NCBI GenBank assembly: GCA_964434575.1
Contig: CAYSWB010000007.1
Location: forward strand, 4,702-68,701
Reading direction: 5' to 3'
DNA length: 64,000 bases
From: an uncultured Candidatus Peribacteria bacterium
Lineage (GTDB): Bacteria; Patescibacteriota; Gracilibacteria; Peribacterales; Peribacteraceae
The position numbers and the translations under genes are program-made. Under the pieces are notes generated by a model that searched no databases, was not told the DNA's origin, and saw only the letters and a program-made list of their open reading frames with translations. Shown piece by piece: positions 9,258 to 18,699 of this stretch. Each line of letters starts with the position of its first letter. Position 1 is the stretch's first letter.

Positions 9258-12212
9258 TTACGGGAGAAGAAGATATGCCACGCCGTTGCCCGGATCGTTG
9301 ACGACAAGCTGCAGGCCGATCGAGGGGTCGTTGGCGAACGCCAGGAACGCGTTCACCTTTTGGTGCAGCGAGCCGTTCGGATCACGCTCGATGGTCTGTG
9401 TGTTCGTGTCGAAAATCAGGCTGTTGAAGCCCAGTGCCTGGAGGCGCTTGAGCGTGAGCGCGTGGTCCCGCTCCTGGTTCAAGCAGTTGAAGAACTGCAG
9501 CTGGTGGTCGGCCAGGGGGAGGATTTCGCGGTTGCGGGGGATGAAATACGAAATGAACGTGCCCACGCGGTACGTGTACGGACGGTTCGGCACGGTCTCA
9601 TGACGCTCCAGCACGTTGTCGCGGATGTCGTCGTAGTGCGGGATGGTCACCTCGCGCAACGCCTCGGCGGTCACCTTGCCCATCGGGTACTCGAACAGGT
9701 TTTTCTGCGTGTCGAACTGCCAGAAGCGGTTCACCAGACACACCAGGATGCTCATGAAGATGAGCGTGCCGAGCGTGCCGCGGTTCCAGGCGTCCGGCGC
9801 GTAGGCGGCCATGGCTTCCAAGATGACCGCGAAGCCGAGGAACATGCCGATGCCGTACCAGGAGATGCCGTTGGCGACGAGCGACCACTGGATGAAGAAC
9901 ACGATCGTTCCGGCGAACAGGAACCGAAGCCACCTGGCGCGGGGTGTCCAGAAGTACGGAACGAGCAACAGGAGGGGCACCAGCAGCAGGAGCGGGATGA
10001 ACGTGACATAGTAGCCGAACGAGTCGATGTTCATGACCTGGCGCCAAGCCAGCGTGACGTAGTGGCCGATGCCTTTGTCGAAGCCCCAGTAGCGATCCAA
10101 CTCCTCGGTGCGGGCCGACGTGGTGCAGGCGGGATGCTTGGGATCCAGCTTGAGTTCCGGCGGCAGGTAGCGCACCGGCGTGGCCGGATTCAGTTCCGGC
10201 GGCAGATCTTCTTTCTGCACGTACGTTACGAACGGTGCAGTGACGTCCTGCGCCTTCAGCAGACTGCCGGACGAGAACGGCACGCCGATGGCGGTGGAAA
10301 GGTTGTACGCCATCCACGGCGCGCAGGAGATGACAAGGCCGGCGACGAAAATGCCCAGCGACTTGCCGGTGGGCACGAGCGCCTGGCGCTTGCGGTAAGC
10401 GGCGTATCCCAGGCATCCGAGCCCGGCGACGGTCAGCACGCCCAAGATGACGGCCGGCGAGAACAATCCGCCTTCAAGCGCGGCGCGGCTCAAGACCGCC
10501 GAAACGTTCAGCGGGCCCTGCGTCAGCAGAATCACGAAGCCGAGCAGCGACATGCCCGCGAACGCGAACCAGCCGAGCGCTCCGCCGATCAGCACCGAGA
10601 ACATCAGAAGGATCGTCAGGATGGCTGTGGGCTTCATCGCGAAACTCAGGCCCGCGAGCAATCCGGCGACGAGCAACAGACGCCAGTCATGACGGCCTTG
10701 CTCCCCTTCCGTTTCCTCGCGCAGACCAGGCGAACCGAACCACGCCGCGAACAGCGCCAGCATCGCCAAGACGCCCGTGAAGAACACCGCGTTGTCGATC
10801 TTCATGTCCGCGAACGAGAAGTGCCCGGTCATCGGCAGCATGTAGTACAGCGCTGCTGCGACGATGCCGCGGCGCGGGCCCATGAAATTGCGGGCGAACG
10901 CATACACCGACAGCAACGCGAACGCGCCGGCCAGCCAGTTGATCTGCATGGCAAGCGTGGAACCGGTGGCACTGCCCAAGCCGAAGAGCAGGTAGCCGAC
11001 GGCCGACAGGTACTCCCACTGGAACTGCGACATCGACGGGATGATGAAGCCGTAGCTGGCCAGCAGGCGCGGGCGGTTCAAGTAGCTGCCCAGGTCATCC
11101 CAACCGATCGGGAAGGGGCGCACGACGTTCAGGAAGTTCAGCGCCAGGTAGCTGACGAGCAGCCAGGTCAGCGGCACGAACCAATCCTTGCATTGCAGCT
11201 CGACGTTTCCGGCGGGTTCCCAGGAGGCCTTGAGCCAGTGCCAGCTCTGCGGGAAGAAAATGAACGGCGTCAGGAAGAACAGCAGCTGCGTGACGGTCCA
11301 GCCGTTGAGCACCACGACGTTCAGCGCGTTGGATACCGCCAAGAAGAAGAGCACGGCGATCCAGACCAGCGTGCCGATGCCGATGCTGAACACCAGCTCC
11401 AGCAACTTCGGCTGCCCGCGCATGCGCAGGGCGAAGACGAGTACCGCGCGGCCCACGGCCAACAAGTTCAAGAGGAGGACGAGCAGAAGCAGGAACTGCG
11501 CACCGGCACGGGCGAACAGGCTCTGCTGCATGCAGAAGAATTTCAGATCGTAGATGCGCGCTCCGTTCTGCAGGCGGCCGACTTCACTCAGGCATCCGCG
11601 AGACAGCAGGGATTCGTAGTTGGCCCGCAGCTCCACCAATGCTTCGGCACTCGCGCCGCCGTACATGGCCTGCGTTGGCTCGTAGAAGCGCGAAAACGGC
11701 GCCAGGACGATGTTGTTGTTCTTGTCCATGACGCGCTGGTTCTCCGGGGTATTGGCGTTGTACAGCGAGCCCATGGACAACGTGGTGCCGATGAGCCAGA
11801 CGGAAACGGCAAACAGCGCCACCAAAAAGATGGGGCGGAGCTTGAAGGTGAAAGCGAACCGTCCGGTGGTGAAACCGCCGAACAGGATGAAGCCCAGATA
11901 GGCGAGCGCGGAAATGATGACGTACGGAAGGAACGGGCTGCCGGTCTTCAGCACGCCGCCGATGAACGAGAAGAAGAACGCGGAACCGCGGCACAGCAGC
12001 ATGCCGTGCGTCATGGTGGATCCGCAGGTCTGGTTCAGCGCCTCCACCTGCGCCTGCGTGGCGTAGACCATCTGGTGGATGGGAACGCCGATGTACGCCA
12101 GCAGCGTGTAACCGCCCCAGAAGATCGTGAGGGCGAAGAGCGAGACGCTCAAAATGAAGATGGTGCGCTGCGAAAGGTGCATAAGTGGCTGTACCATACC
12201 CGAAAAACCCAT
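9258..12212 (-). CDS. large polytopic membrane protein, possible GT-C-type glycosyltransferase (about 984 aa)
   Basis: More than 15 hydrophobic helices. There is a loop motif PIGWDDLGSYLN and a soluble C-terminal domain. It is in an operon with GT2/DUF2304. The ATG is at 12212; an alternative TTG lies at 12227. Confidence 0.6.
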   Translation of the reverse strand: MGFSGMVQPLMHLSQRTIFILSVSLFALTIFWGGYTLLAYIGVPIHQMVYATQAQVEALNQTCGSTMTHGMLLCRGSAFFFSFIGGVLKTGSPFLPYVIISALAYLGFILFGGFTTGRFAFTFKLRPIFLVALFAVSVWLIGTTLSMGSLYNANTPENQRVMDKNNNIVLAPFSRFYEPTQAMYGGASAEALVELRANYESLLSRGCLSEVGRLQNGARIYDLKFFCMQQSLFARAGAQFLLLLVLLLNLLAVGRAVLVFALRMRGQPKLLELVFSIGIGTLVWIAVLFFLAVSNALNVVVLNGWTVTQLLFFLTPFIFFPQSWHWLKASWEPAGNVELQCKDWFVPLTWLLVSYLALNFLNVVRPFPIGWDDLGSYLNRPRLLASYGFIIPSMSQFQWEYLSAVGYLLFGLGSATGSTLAMQINWLAGAFALLSVYAFARNFMGPRRGIVAAALYYMLPMTGHFSFADMKIDNAVFFTGVLAMLALFAAWFGSPGLREETEGEQGRHDWRLLLVAGLLAGLSFAMKPTAILTILLMFSVLIGGALGWFAFAGMSLLGFVILLTQGPLNVSAVLSRAALEGGLFSPAVILGVLTVAGLGCLGYAAYRKRQALVPTGKSLGIFVAGLVISCAPWMAYNLSTAIGVPFSSGSLLKAQDVTAPFVTYVQKEDLPPELNPATPVRYLPPELKLDPKHPACTTSARTEELDRYWGFDKGIGHYVTLAWRQVMNIDSFGYYVTFIPLLLLVPLLLLVPYFWTPRARWLRFLFAGTIVFFIQWSLVANGISWYGIGMFLGFAVILEAMAAYAPDAWNRGTLGTLIFMSILVCLVNRFWQFDTQKNLFEYPMGKVTAEALREVTIPHYDDIRDNVLERHETVPNRPYTYRVGTFISYFIPRNREILPLADHQLQFFNCLNQERDHALTLKRLQALGFNSLIFDTNTQTIERDPNGSLHQKVNAFLAFANDPSIGLQLVVNDPGNGVAYLLLP

Positions 12213-12262
12213 TTTCAGCGAAGTCAAAGCGATCGGATTCGCCCGGCGCGTGAATATGGAGA

Positions 12263-12290
12263 GACTCCAGGGGGACGGCCCCCTGGAGTC
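12263..12290. other. perfect 12-bp stem / 4-nt loop hairpin
   Basis: GACTCCAGGGGG-ACGG-CCCCCTGGAGTC. It lies between the 74-aa gene and the large membrane-protein gene. There is no clear U-tract on either strand. Confidence 0.5.
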
Positions 12291-12322
12291 AATCGCGGAG
12301 CGGACTCCGCGTTACCCCTAGG

Positions 12323-12547
12323 TCACTTCAGGCCCAACATCATGATGGTCGCTCCGGCGATGAGCAGGCAGACGCCCTTTCCGACCTCGATCAGCCACCT
12401 CGTCGGCAGCCGGTTCGGGTCGCCGCGCATCTTGTTGGCGCGGAAGGCGTAACTGCACGACATCACCATCAGGAGCAGTCCCATCCAAAACTCGGGCTTC
12501 ATGCTAGACACCAGCGGCCTAAGGAACAGAGGGTGAGTGCCCTCCAT
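12323..12547 (-). CDS. small hypothetical membrane protein (74 aa)
   Basis: Two TM helices. The ATG at 12547 directly abuts an AT-rich promoter-like tract. Confidence 0.45.
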   Translation of the reverse strand: MEGTHPLFLRPLVSSMKPEFWMGLLLMVMSCSYAFRANKMRGDPNRLPTRWLIEVGKGVCLLIAGATIMMLGLK

Positions 12548-12590
12548 ATATATAATACAATATTTATATTATTTTGGCTATTCAACAGTC
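12548..12590. promoter_or_regulatory. AT-rich divergent promoter region
   Basis: On the minus strand: TTGAAT, 17 nt, TATTGT, 9 nt, ATG(12547). The tract is about 40 nt of nearly pure A/T in GC-rich DNA, between divergent genes. Confidence 0.4.
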
Positions 12591-12620
12591 AGAATCGCGG
12601 ATACGCTAGGATGCCCGCGT

Positions 12621-13844
12621 ATGGCCTATAACGCCGCTTCCGTCCGCCGGCAGTTCCCCATCTTCGAGCAACCGCTCGACGGGAACCCTCTTGTGTACCT
12701 GGATACCGCCGCCACGAGCCAGAAGCCGATCGCCGTGCTGGATGCCATGACCGGCTACTACGCCTACGCGAACGCCAACGTGAACCGCGGCGTGCACCCG
12801 CTGGCCGAACGCGCGACCGATGCCTACGAGGGTGCGCGCAAACGCGTGGCCGCTTTCGTGAACGCAAAGCACGCGCATGAAGTGATCTTCACGCGCAACG
12901 CGACGGAAGCGATCAACTTGGTCGCAAAGTCGTGGGGCATGTCGCTGAAGAAAGGCGACGGCATCGCGCTGTCCGTGCTCGAGCACCACAGCAACATCGT
13001 CCCGTGGCTGCAGCTGAAGCAGGAACGCGGCATCACGCTGCATTGGATCGACATCGACGACGCGGGCCGCATCAAACTGGATGAGTTGCAGAAAGCACTC
13101 GCGACGAAGAAGGTGAAGCTCGTGTCGTTGACCGGCATGAGCAACGTGCTCGGCACGCTCACGCCGCTCGGCGAGATCGTGGACATGGCGCACCAACACG
13201 GCGCCAAGGTACTGGCGGACGCCGCGCAATTGGCCGTGCACAGAACGATCGACGTGCAAACTCTCGACGTCGATTTTTTGGCATTTTCCGGCCATAAACT
13301 CTACGGCCCGACAGGCATCGGCGTGTTATTCGGCAAGCAGGAGCTGCTCAAAAAGATGCCGCCGTTTTTGGGTGGCGGAGACATGATCCAGACCGTGACC
13401 GCCGACGGCTTCACGCCGGCCGAACTTCCCCGGACATTCGAGGCCGGCACTCCTCCGGTGGCCGAGGCGGTGGGACTGCATGCCGCGCTGGACTGGATGG
13501 AGCGAACCGGACGCGCCGACATCGAAGCGCATGAACACGAACTCATCGCGTACGCGGCCAAGAAACTCGGCGCCATCAAAGGACTGACGCTGTTGGGTGA
13601 TCCGGCGAACGCGCGCGGCTGCCTGAGCTTCACGCTCGAGCGCGTGCATCCCCACGACCTCACGGAAATTTTGGGGCGGAAAGGCATCTGCCTGCGCGCG
13701 GGCCATCACTGCACGCAGCCGCTCCACAAGCGTCTCGGCATCGCCGCGAGCGCCCGCTTGTCCGTGGGCGCGTACAACACGAAGGAAGACATCGATGCCT
13801 GCGCCGCGGGCATCGAGGAAGCCAAGAAGATTCTCAAAGCCTGA
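12621..13844 (+). CDS. sufS: cysteine desulfurase SufS (407 aa)
   Basis: HHSNIVPW, FSGHKLYGPTGIGVL (PLP lysine) and RAGHHCTQPL (catalytic Cys loop). It is followed by sufU. The start is set at the ATG at 12621 (MAYNAASVRRQFPIF). Confidence 0.9.
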   Translation: MAYNAASVRRQFPIFEQPLDGNPLVYLDTAATSQKPIAVLDAMTGYYAYANANVNRGVHPLAERATDAYEGARKRVAAFVNAKHAHEVIFTRNATEAINLVAKSWGMSLKKGDGIALSVLEHHSNIVPWLQLKQERGITLHWIDIDDAGRIKLDELQKALATKKVKLVSLTGMSNVLGTLTPLGEIVDMAHQHGAKVLADAAQLAVHRTIDVQTLDVDFLAFSGHKLYGPTGIGVLFGKQELLKKMPPFLGGGDMIQTVTADGFTPAELPRTFEAGTPPVAEAVGLHAALDWMERTGRADIEAHEHELIAYAAKKLGAIKGLTLLGDPANARGCLSFTLERVHPHDLTEILGRKGICLRAGHHCTQPLHKRLGIAASARLSVGAYNTKEDIDACAAGIEEAKKILKA

Positions 13845-13846
13845 TC

Positions 13847-14260
13847 ATGGATCTGTACGCCGACAACATCCTCGACCACTACCGCCACCCGCGCGGGCAG
13901 CAGCCGCTGAAGAAGTTCGATGCCGAACGCAACGAAGAGAATCTAAGCTGCGGTGACGAACTTGCCGTGCGGCTGAAGATCGAGAAGGACACGATCGCTG
14001 GCGTGAGCTGGGAGGGCACCGGCTGCGCCATCAGCCAGGCGGCCATGTCGATGCTGAGCGAGGAACTGACAGGGATGACCGTCGAAGCGGCGGGGAATCT
14101 GAAGCCCGAACGCATCTATGAACTGCTGGGCGTTCCGGTGGGACCGCGCCGGTTCAAATGCGCCCTTTTAAGCTTGCACACGCTGAAAAACGCCCTTCGC
14201 GTCCACGCCAGGAAAGAACCGCAAGGTTGGCTGGACACCGTGGCGCTCGACAATGACTAG
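13847..14260 (+). CDS. sufU: SUF Fe-S assembly scaffold SufU/NifU-like (137 aa)
   Basis: NILDHYRHPRG, LSCGDELAV and GTGCAISQAAMSML motifs. Confidence 0.85.
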   Translation: MDLYADNILDHYRHPRGQQPLKKFDAERNEENLSCGDELAVRLKIEKDTIAGVSWEGTGCAISQAAMSMLSEELTGMTVEAAGNLKPERIYELLGVPVGPRRFKCALLSLHTLKNALRVHARKEPQGWLDTVALDND

Positions 14261-14323
14261 TCACCTTAGTACACTCTCCAGGCTCTTTTGACGACGTCAG
14301 TAAAAGTATCGACCGATAGATAA

Positions 14324-14398
14324 GCCGCCCTAGCTCAGTGGTAGAGCACGTCCATGGTAAGGACGGGGTCACGAGTTCAATCCTCGTGGGCGGCTCCA
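14324..14398 (+). tRNA. tRNA-Thr (anticodon GGT), CCA encoded
   Basis: Cloverleaf folded by eye: acceptor GCCGCCC/GGGCGGC, D arm GCTC..GAGC, anticodon stem CGTCC/GGACG with loop ATGGTAA, T arm ACGAG-TTCAATC-CTCGT, then T-CCA. Confidence 0.85.
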
Positions 14399-14440
14399 GT
14401 TTTTCAGCGTGGTCGCCCTGGCTCATTGCCGGTGGCCGTG

Positions 14441-15436
14441 TTATTCGCACGTGGAATTACACCCGACACCCTGACAATCGGAACGGAGAACCGGCTCCAG
14501 ATCCGGACAGCAGAAACGTGGCACGCCATCCTGCGGAGGAATGGAAAGATTCACGATTCCGCCTTTTTCGATGCAATTTTCGCCGGGCACGGTCTTCTGA
14601 CAGATGCCCATGCCGGCATTCCCCTGCGGTATCCAGGAGAGTCCGGAACAACAGCTGTTTTCCGGCATCACGTTCGTCAGCACTCCTTCCTGTATGCATG
14701 CCATGGGAATCTCCGGAGCAGGTTGGAGACCGACTTTTCCGTATGCATTCATTGCACCAAGAATGATCTTTACCGCTTCTGCGCGGTTCAGGGAGTCGGT
14801 CGGGCGGAATGTGCCGGTGGGCCTGCCCGAACCGTCGGTATCGCCGCTGAGAATGCCTGCGTCGGTCATCCGCAGGATGGAAAGCACCGTTGGGTCCGGC
14901 GTCACATGTTCCACTAAATCGGGCACATCCGAATACGGATTCGGCGGGAATTCGGCTTTCGTCATCGGATTCGACCAGTCGATTCTGAACGCGCTTCCCA
15001 CCATGGCAGCCATTTCCTCCCGGGTGATCGGGCGGTCAAATGTCCGTTGATCTCCAAGACCGAATACGACGCTGAAATCCGCGGGGATGCCGAAATCGCC
15101 CTGCAGATTGATGGTGAGGTACGGACATACCCAATGCGTGCATCCTTCGATACCCGCTTCCCGCAGCGATTCGTCGGTGCCCTTTTGGTAACCAGCTGCC
15201 TCGGCGGTCATCTTGTATGCCTCGGCGGCCGTGACGGAATCTGCCGGACCGAACATCCTGGTGGTATTGCCCTTCGAATCTTTGTATCCGCTCGCTATGC
15301 CGGCATCGACGGCCTGCTGGATGGAAGCGGCGAACCACGCCCCAGGCGGAACATCCGTGAAGGTGATCGGGGCTGCCAGCGCACCCGTTACAAAAAGGAG
15401 TGAGATTGCCGCGGCTGATGCGATGTTGAATTTCAT
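14441..15436 (-). CDS. secreted SLH-domain protein with Cys-rich C-terminal module (331 aa)
   Basis: Signal peptide MKFNIASAAAISLLFVTGALA. FTDVPPGAWFAASIQQAVDAGIASGY and later repeats resemble SLH domains. The last 90 aa or so contain 12 Cys. Confidence 0.65.
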   Translation of the reverse strand: MKFNIASAAAISLLFVTGALAAPITFTDVPPGAWFAASIQQAVDAGIASGYKDSKGNTTRMFGPADSVTAAEAYKMTAEAAGYQKGTDESLREAGIEGCTHWVCPYLTINLQGDFGIPADFSVVFGLGDQRTFDRPITREEMAAMVGSAFRIDWSNPMTKAEFPPNPYSDVPDLVEHVTPDPTVLSILRMTDAGILSGDTDGSGRPTGTFRPTDSLNRAEAVKIILGAMNAYGKVGLQPAPEIPMACIQEGVLTNVMPENSCCSGLSWIPQGNAGMGICQKTVPGENCIEKGGIVNLSIPPQDGVPRFCCPDLEPVLRSDCQGVGCNSTCE

Positions 15437-15575
15437 GGCAGGAGCTTAACGGTATGTTCGCCGCAGAGCCAACGGCGGCCTCGCTTCAACCTCCCGAATC
15501 CGACTGTCGCGCAAGACGCCGCACAGGACATGCAAACTTGACTTTGCCGCATGAGGACTGTAAAAAGTCCGCCCT

Positions 15576-16541
15576 ATGCCTCCATTCCATCTCAACCGTA
15601 CTTCCGATTTGAGCCTCGACGAGCTCGATTCGCTGCTCGCCGAAAGCAAGCGCGTCGCCGAGCGCGTGCGCACCAAAACGCCCGAGCCCAGCACCCCGAT
15701 GCGCGACCAAATGGCACTGTGGCTTTCCACGAAGGACTCCTTCCGCACCGCCAGCTCCATCCAGGCCGCCGTCACGCGCTTGGGCGGCAACGTGATGCCG
15801 TACACGAACCTGTTGAGCAGTGAGACCAAGGAAATGCGCGAGCCGCTGGCACACCTCGTCGGTTGCGCCGACGCCATGGGATACCGCGTCGCCTTCGCCC
15901 GCCTGCACACGCAGCAGCAGACCCTCGAAATGATCGGCGCCTCCAAAAACATGGCCATCATCAACGCGCTGAACGACAAAGACCATCCGCTGCAATCATT
16001 CGCCGATGCCGCCGCCCTGGAAGAGCGCACAGGCGTCAGCAAGGGCAAGAAGGTGGTGTTCATGGGACCCGGCAACAACAACGTCACCGTTTCTCTGGCC
16101 GAAGTCGCCGCCATGCGCGGCTGGGAATTCATCCACACCGGCCCGCAGGGTCACCGCATCCCGGAAGACCGTTTTGAGGAGCTGCAGGAGCTGGCCCGCA
16201 AGGGCGGCGGTTCCGTGCGCTACGTCGAAGACTGGAGCGAGGCCGTGCCGGACGCGACCATGGTGTACACCGACGTTCACGCGTCCATGGGCCAGAAGGA
16301 TCAGGCCACCCAGCTGAAGAAGATGCTGGCCGGCTACAAGCTGACCCAGGCGGTGATGGACCGCGCCGGACCGCAGGCCCTCATCGGCCACTGCCTCCCG
16401 GCCGAAGACGCCGAGATCGACGTCCACTTGGCCGACATCGACCATCCGCAGTCCATCATCTACCCGATCGCCGGCTACCGCGCGCACACCGCCACGGCGC
16501 TGCTGCGCATGATCGCCGAAGGCAAGCTGAAGGCCCGTTAG
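15576..16541 (+). CDS. ornithine/aspartate carbamoyltransferase-family protein with a non-canonical carbamoyl-phosphate motif (321 aa)
   Basis: DHPLQ (HPxQ), DVHASMGQ and HCLPA motifs are present. The canonical S-T-R-T-R position reads KDSFRTA. Confidence 0.65.
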   Translation: MPPFHLNRTSDLSLDELDSLLAESKRVAERVRTKTPEPSTPMRDQMALWLSTKDSFRTASSIQAAVTRLGGNVMPYTNLLSSETKEMREPLAHLVGCADAMGYRVAFARLHTQQQTLEMIGASKNMAIINALNDKDHPLQSFADAAALEERTGVSKGKKVVFMGPGNNNVTVSLAEVAAMRGWEFIHTGPQGHRIPEDRFEELQELARKGGGSVRYVEDWSEAVPDATMVYTDVHASMGQKDQATQLKKMLAGYKLTQAVMDRAGPQALIGHCLPAEDAEIDVHLADIDHPQSIIYPIAGYRAHTATALLRMIAEGKLKAR

Positions 16542-16600
16542 GACCCCGCCAAAAGCAGGTGCATGACAAGTCCTTTTGACGTACACTGGCCGACCTTTCG

Positions 16601-18679
16601 ATGGAAACCCTCCGTTCCATCCTCGGCTGGACCTGGCGCACCATGGTGCAGGCGTTTTTCGCCACACTGGCGCTCGTCACCATCGTGGGCGTGTGGGGCT
16701 ACACCAGCGCGATGGCGATTTTGCAGTACACGCCCGAACTGGACCTCACGCGTCTGAAACTGAAGCAGAGCGTGCGGATCTTAGACCGCCGCGGCGGCGA
16801 CCTCTACCGGTTCTACGATGAAGAAGATCGTTTCTACCTGCCGGGAGAGGAGATCCCGCAGATCGTGAAAGACGCGTTCGTCGCCATCGAGGATGAACGC
16901 TTCTTCACCCGCAACACATGCATCGACATCCGCGCGATCCTGCGCGCGGCGAACGTGAACCTGTTCGGCGACGACGGCCGCACCGAAGGCGCGTCCACCA
17001 TCACGCAGCAGCTGGTGCGCAACCTGTACCTCACGCGCGAAAAGACCATCGACCGCAAGCTGAAGGAAATCGACCTGGCATGCCAGCTGGAACAGGCGGT
17101 GCCCAAAGACGAGATCCTGACGATCTACCTGAACCAGCTGCCGTTCGGCAACAACGCGTTCGGCATCGAACAAGCGGCGCAGACGTACTTCGGCACGTCG
17201 GCCGCCGACGTGTCGCTGGCGCAGGCCGCGGTGCTGGCATCCATTCCGCAGCGCAACTCGTACTTCAACCCGTACGGCACGCACGACCGCACGGCAGTGG
17301 ACCACGACGCCGTCCGCAAGCTGCGCACCGGTGAAATGGACCCGGCGACCCTCAGCGCCGACCAGGTGAAGATCGGCCTGCTGAGTCGCGTGCAACGCAC
17401 GCCGGCCGGGCTCATCCGCATCCCGGGCCGCGCCGAACTGGTGCTGGACGCCATGAAGCGCAACGGATTCATCTCCGAAACGGAGCACGCCGAGGCACTG
17501 CGCGAGATTCCCAGGGTTTCCTTCAAGCCGGCCAAGCACCCCATCGCCGCGCCGCACTTCACGCTGCGCGTCCGCCAGGAAATCGATTCCCTGCTCGGCG
17601 GCCTGGACCGCTCCGAGCGCTGGCTGACCGAAGGCATGGAGGTGCACACCACGCTGGACCCGGTGCTGCAGTGGATCGCCGAAGACGTGACGGAGCAGGC
17701 GCTCCCCCGCTTGAACGGGGCCGGCATCCGCAACGTGGCGCTGGTGGCCATCGACCGCAAGACGCGCCAGGTACTGGCGTACGTGGGCAACGCGGATTAC
17801 TTCGGCGAGAGCGACACGGGGCAGATCGATATGGCCGCCACGCCGCGCCAGCCCGGGTCGAGCTTCAAGCCCATCGTGTACTCGGCGCTGTTCGAAGACG
17901 GCTACGGCCCGGACAGTTTCATCGAAGACTCGCCGATCCACATCGGCAACAACGTGCCCAAGAACTACGACGGCAACTTCCGCGGCTGGATGAGCGTGAA
18001 GAAAGCGCTCGGCGGCTCGCGCAACATCCCGGCCATCAACGCCTTCCTGGCCGTCGGCGGCGAGGAGCGCGTGCTGGACCTGGCAGCCCGCATGGGCGCC
18101 CCGGCGCCGCTCCAGTACAAGCTGCAGCAGGAGTTAAAGGGGCGCGATTTCGTCTACGGCTGGCCGCTGGCCATCGGCTCGGCCGAGGTGCCGCTGGTGG
18201 AAATGGTGCAGGCGTACGCGACGATTTCCGAGCACGGCCAGTTCCGTCCGCTGCAGTCCATCTGCAAGCTGACCACGCGCAACGGCGACCACGAACGGAT
18301 CTTGCCGTCGGGCCCCACCACGCAGGCGGTACTGCCGCAGGCCGCCGACGGCGTGGATGAAGTCCTGCGCGACGACGACAGCAAGCCGAGCGGCTACTGG
18401 CGCGACATTTTGAACATCCCTGGTATGGACCTGGGCGCCAAGACCGGTACCAGCAACCTGTGCTTCGAGCGCGACCAGGCCGGCCGCTGCCGCGAGTACG
18501 CGGTCAGCAACATCTGGACCATCGGCTACAACGAGGAGATGGTGGTGGGCGTGTGGGCGGGCAACGCAGACGGCGCGCCGCTGGGCGAGCTGGTGGACGG
18601 ACTGACCGAAGCCGCGCCGATCTGGCGCGAGTTCCTCATTCGGGCGAGCAAGTTCTACCAGTCGCAGGATCACTGCTGA
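16601..18679 (+). CDS. class A penicillin-binding protein (glycosyltransferase GT51 + transpeptidase) (692 aa)
   Basis: EDERFF, GASTITQQL and RKLKE (GT51). GSSFKP (SxxK), SRN and KTGTS (transpeptidase). Confidence 0.9.
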   Translation: METLRSILGWTWRTMVQAFFATLALVTIVGVWGYTSAMAILQYTPELDLTRLKLKQSVRILDRRGGDLYRFYDEEDRFYLPGEEIPQIVKDAFVAIEDERFFTRNTCIDIRAILRAANVNLFGDDGRTEGASTITQQLVRNLYLTREKTIDRKLKEIDLACQLEQAVPKDEILTIYLNQLPFGNNAFGIEQAAQTYFGTSAADVSLAQAAVLASIPQRNSYFNPYGTHDRTAVDHDAVRKLRTGEMDPATLSADQVKIGLLSRVQRTPAGLIRIPGRAELVLDAMKRNGFISETEHAEALREIPRVSFKPAKHPIAAPHFTLRVRQEIDSLLGGLDRSERWLTEGMEVHTTLDPVLQWIAEDVTEQALPRLNGAGIRNVALVAIDRKTRQVLAYVGNADYFGESDTGQIDMAATPRQPGSSFKPIVYSALFEDGYGPDSFIEDSPIHIGNNVPKNYDGNFRGWMSVKKALGGSRNIPAINAFLAVGGEERVLDLAARMGAPAPLQYKLQQELKGRDFVYGWPLAIGSAEVPLVEMVQAYATISEHGQFRPLQSICKLTTRNGDHERILPSGPTTQAVLPQAADGVDEVLRDDDSKPSGYWRDILNIPGMDLGAKTGTSNLCFERDQAGRCREYAVSNIWTIGYNEEMVVGVWAGNADGAPLGELVDGLTEAAPIWREFLIRASKFYQSQDHC

Positions 18680-18699
18680 AAGCCGCTATACTGCGGACC

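Noticed and set aside
8970-12452. 1160-aa plus-strand ORF
   Set aside because: It runs antisense to the GT2 gene and the polytopic membrane-protein gene. Its composition is extremely R/E/H/Q/D-rich without motifs.
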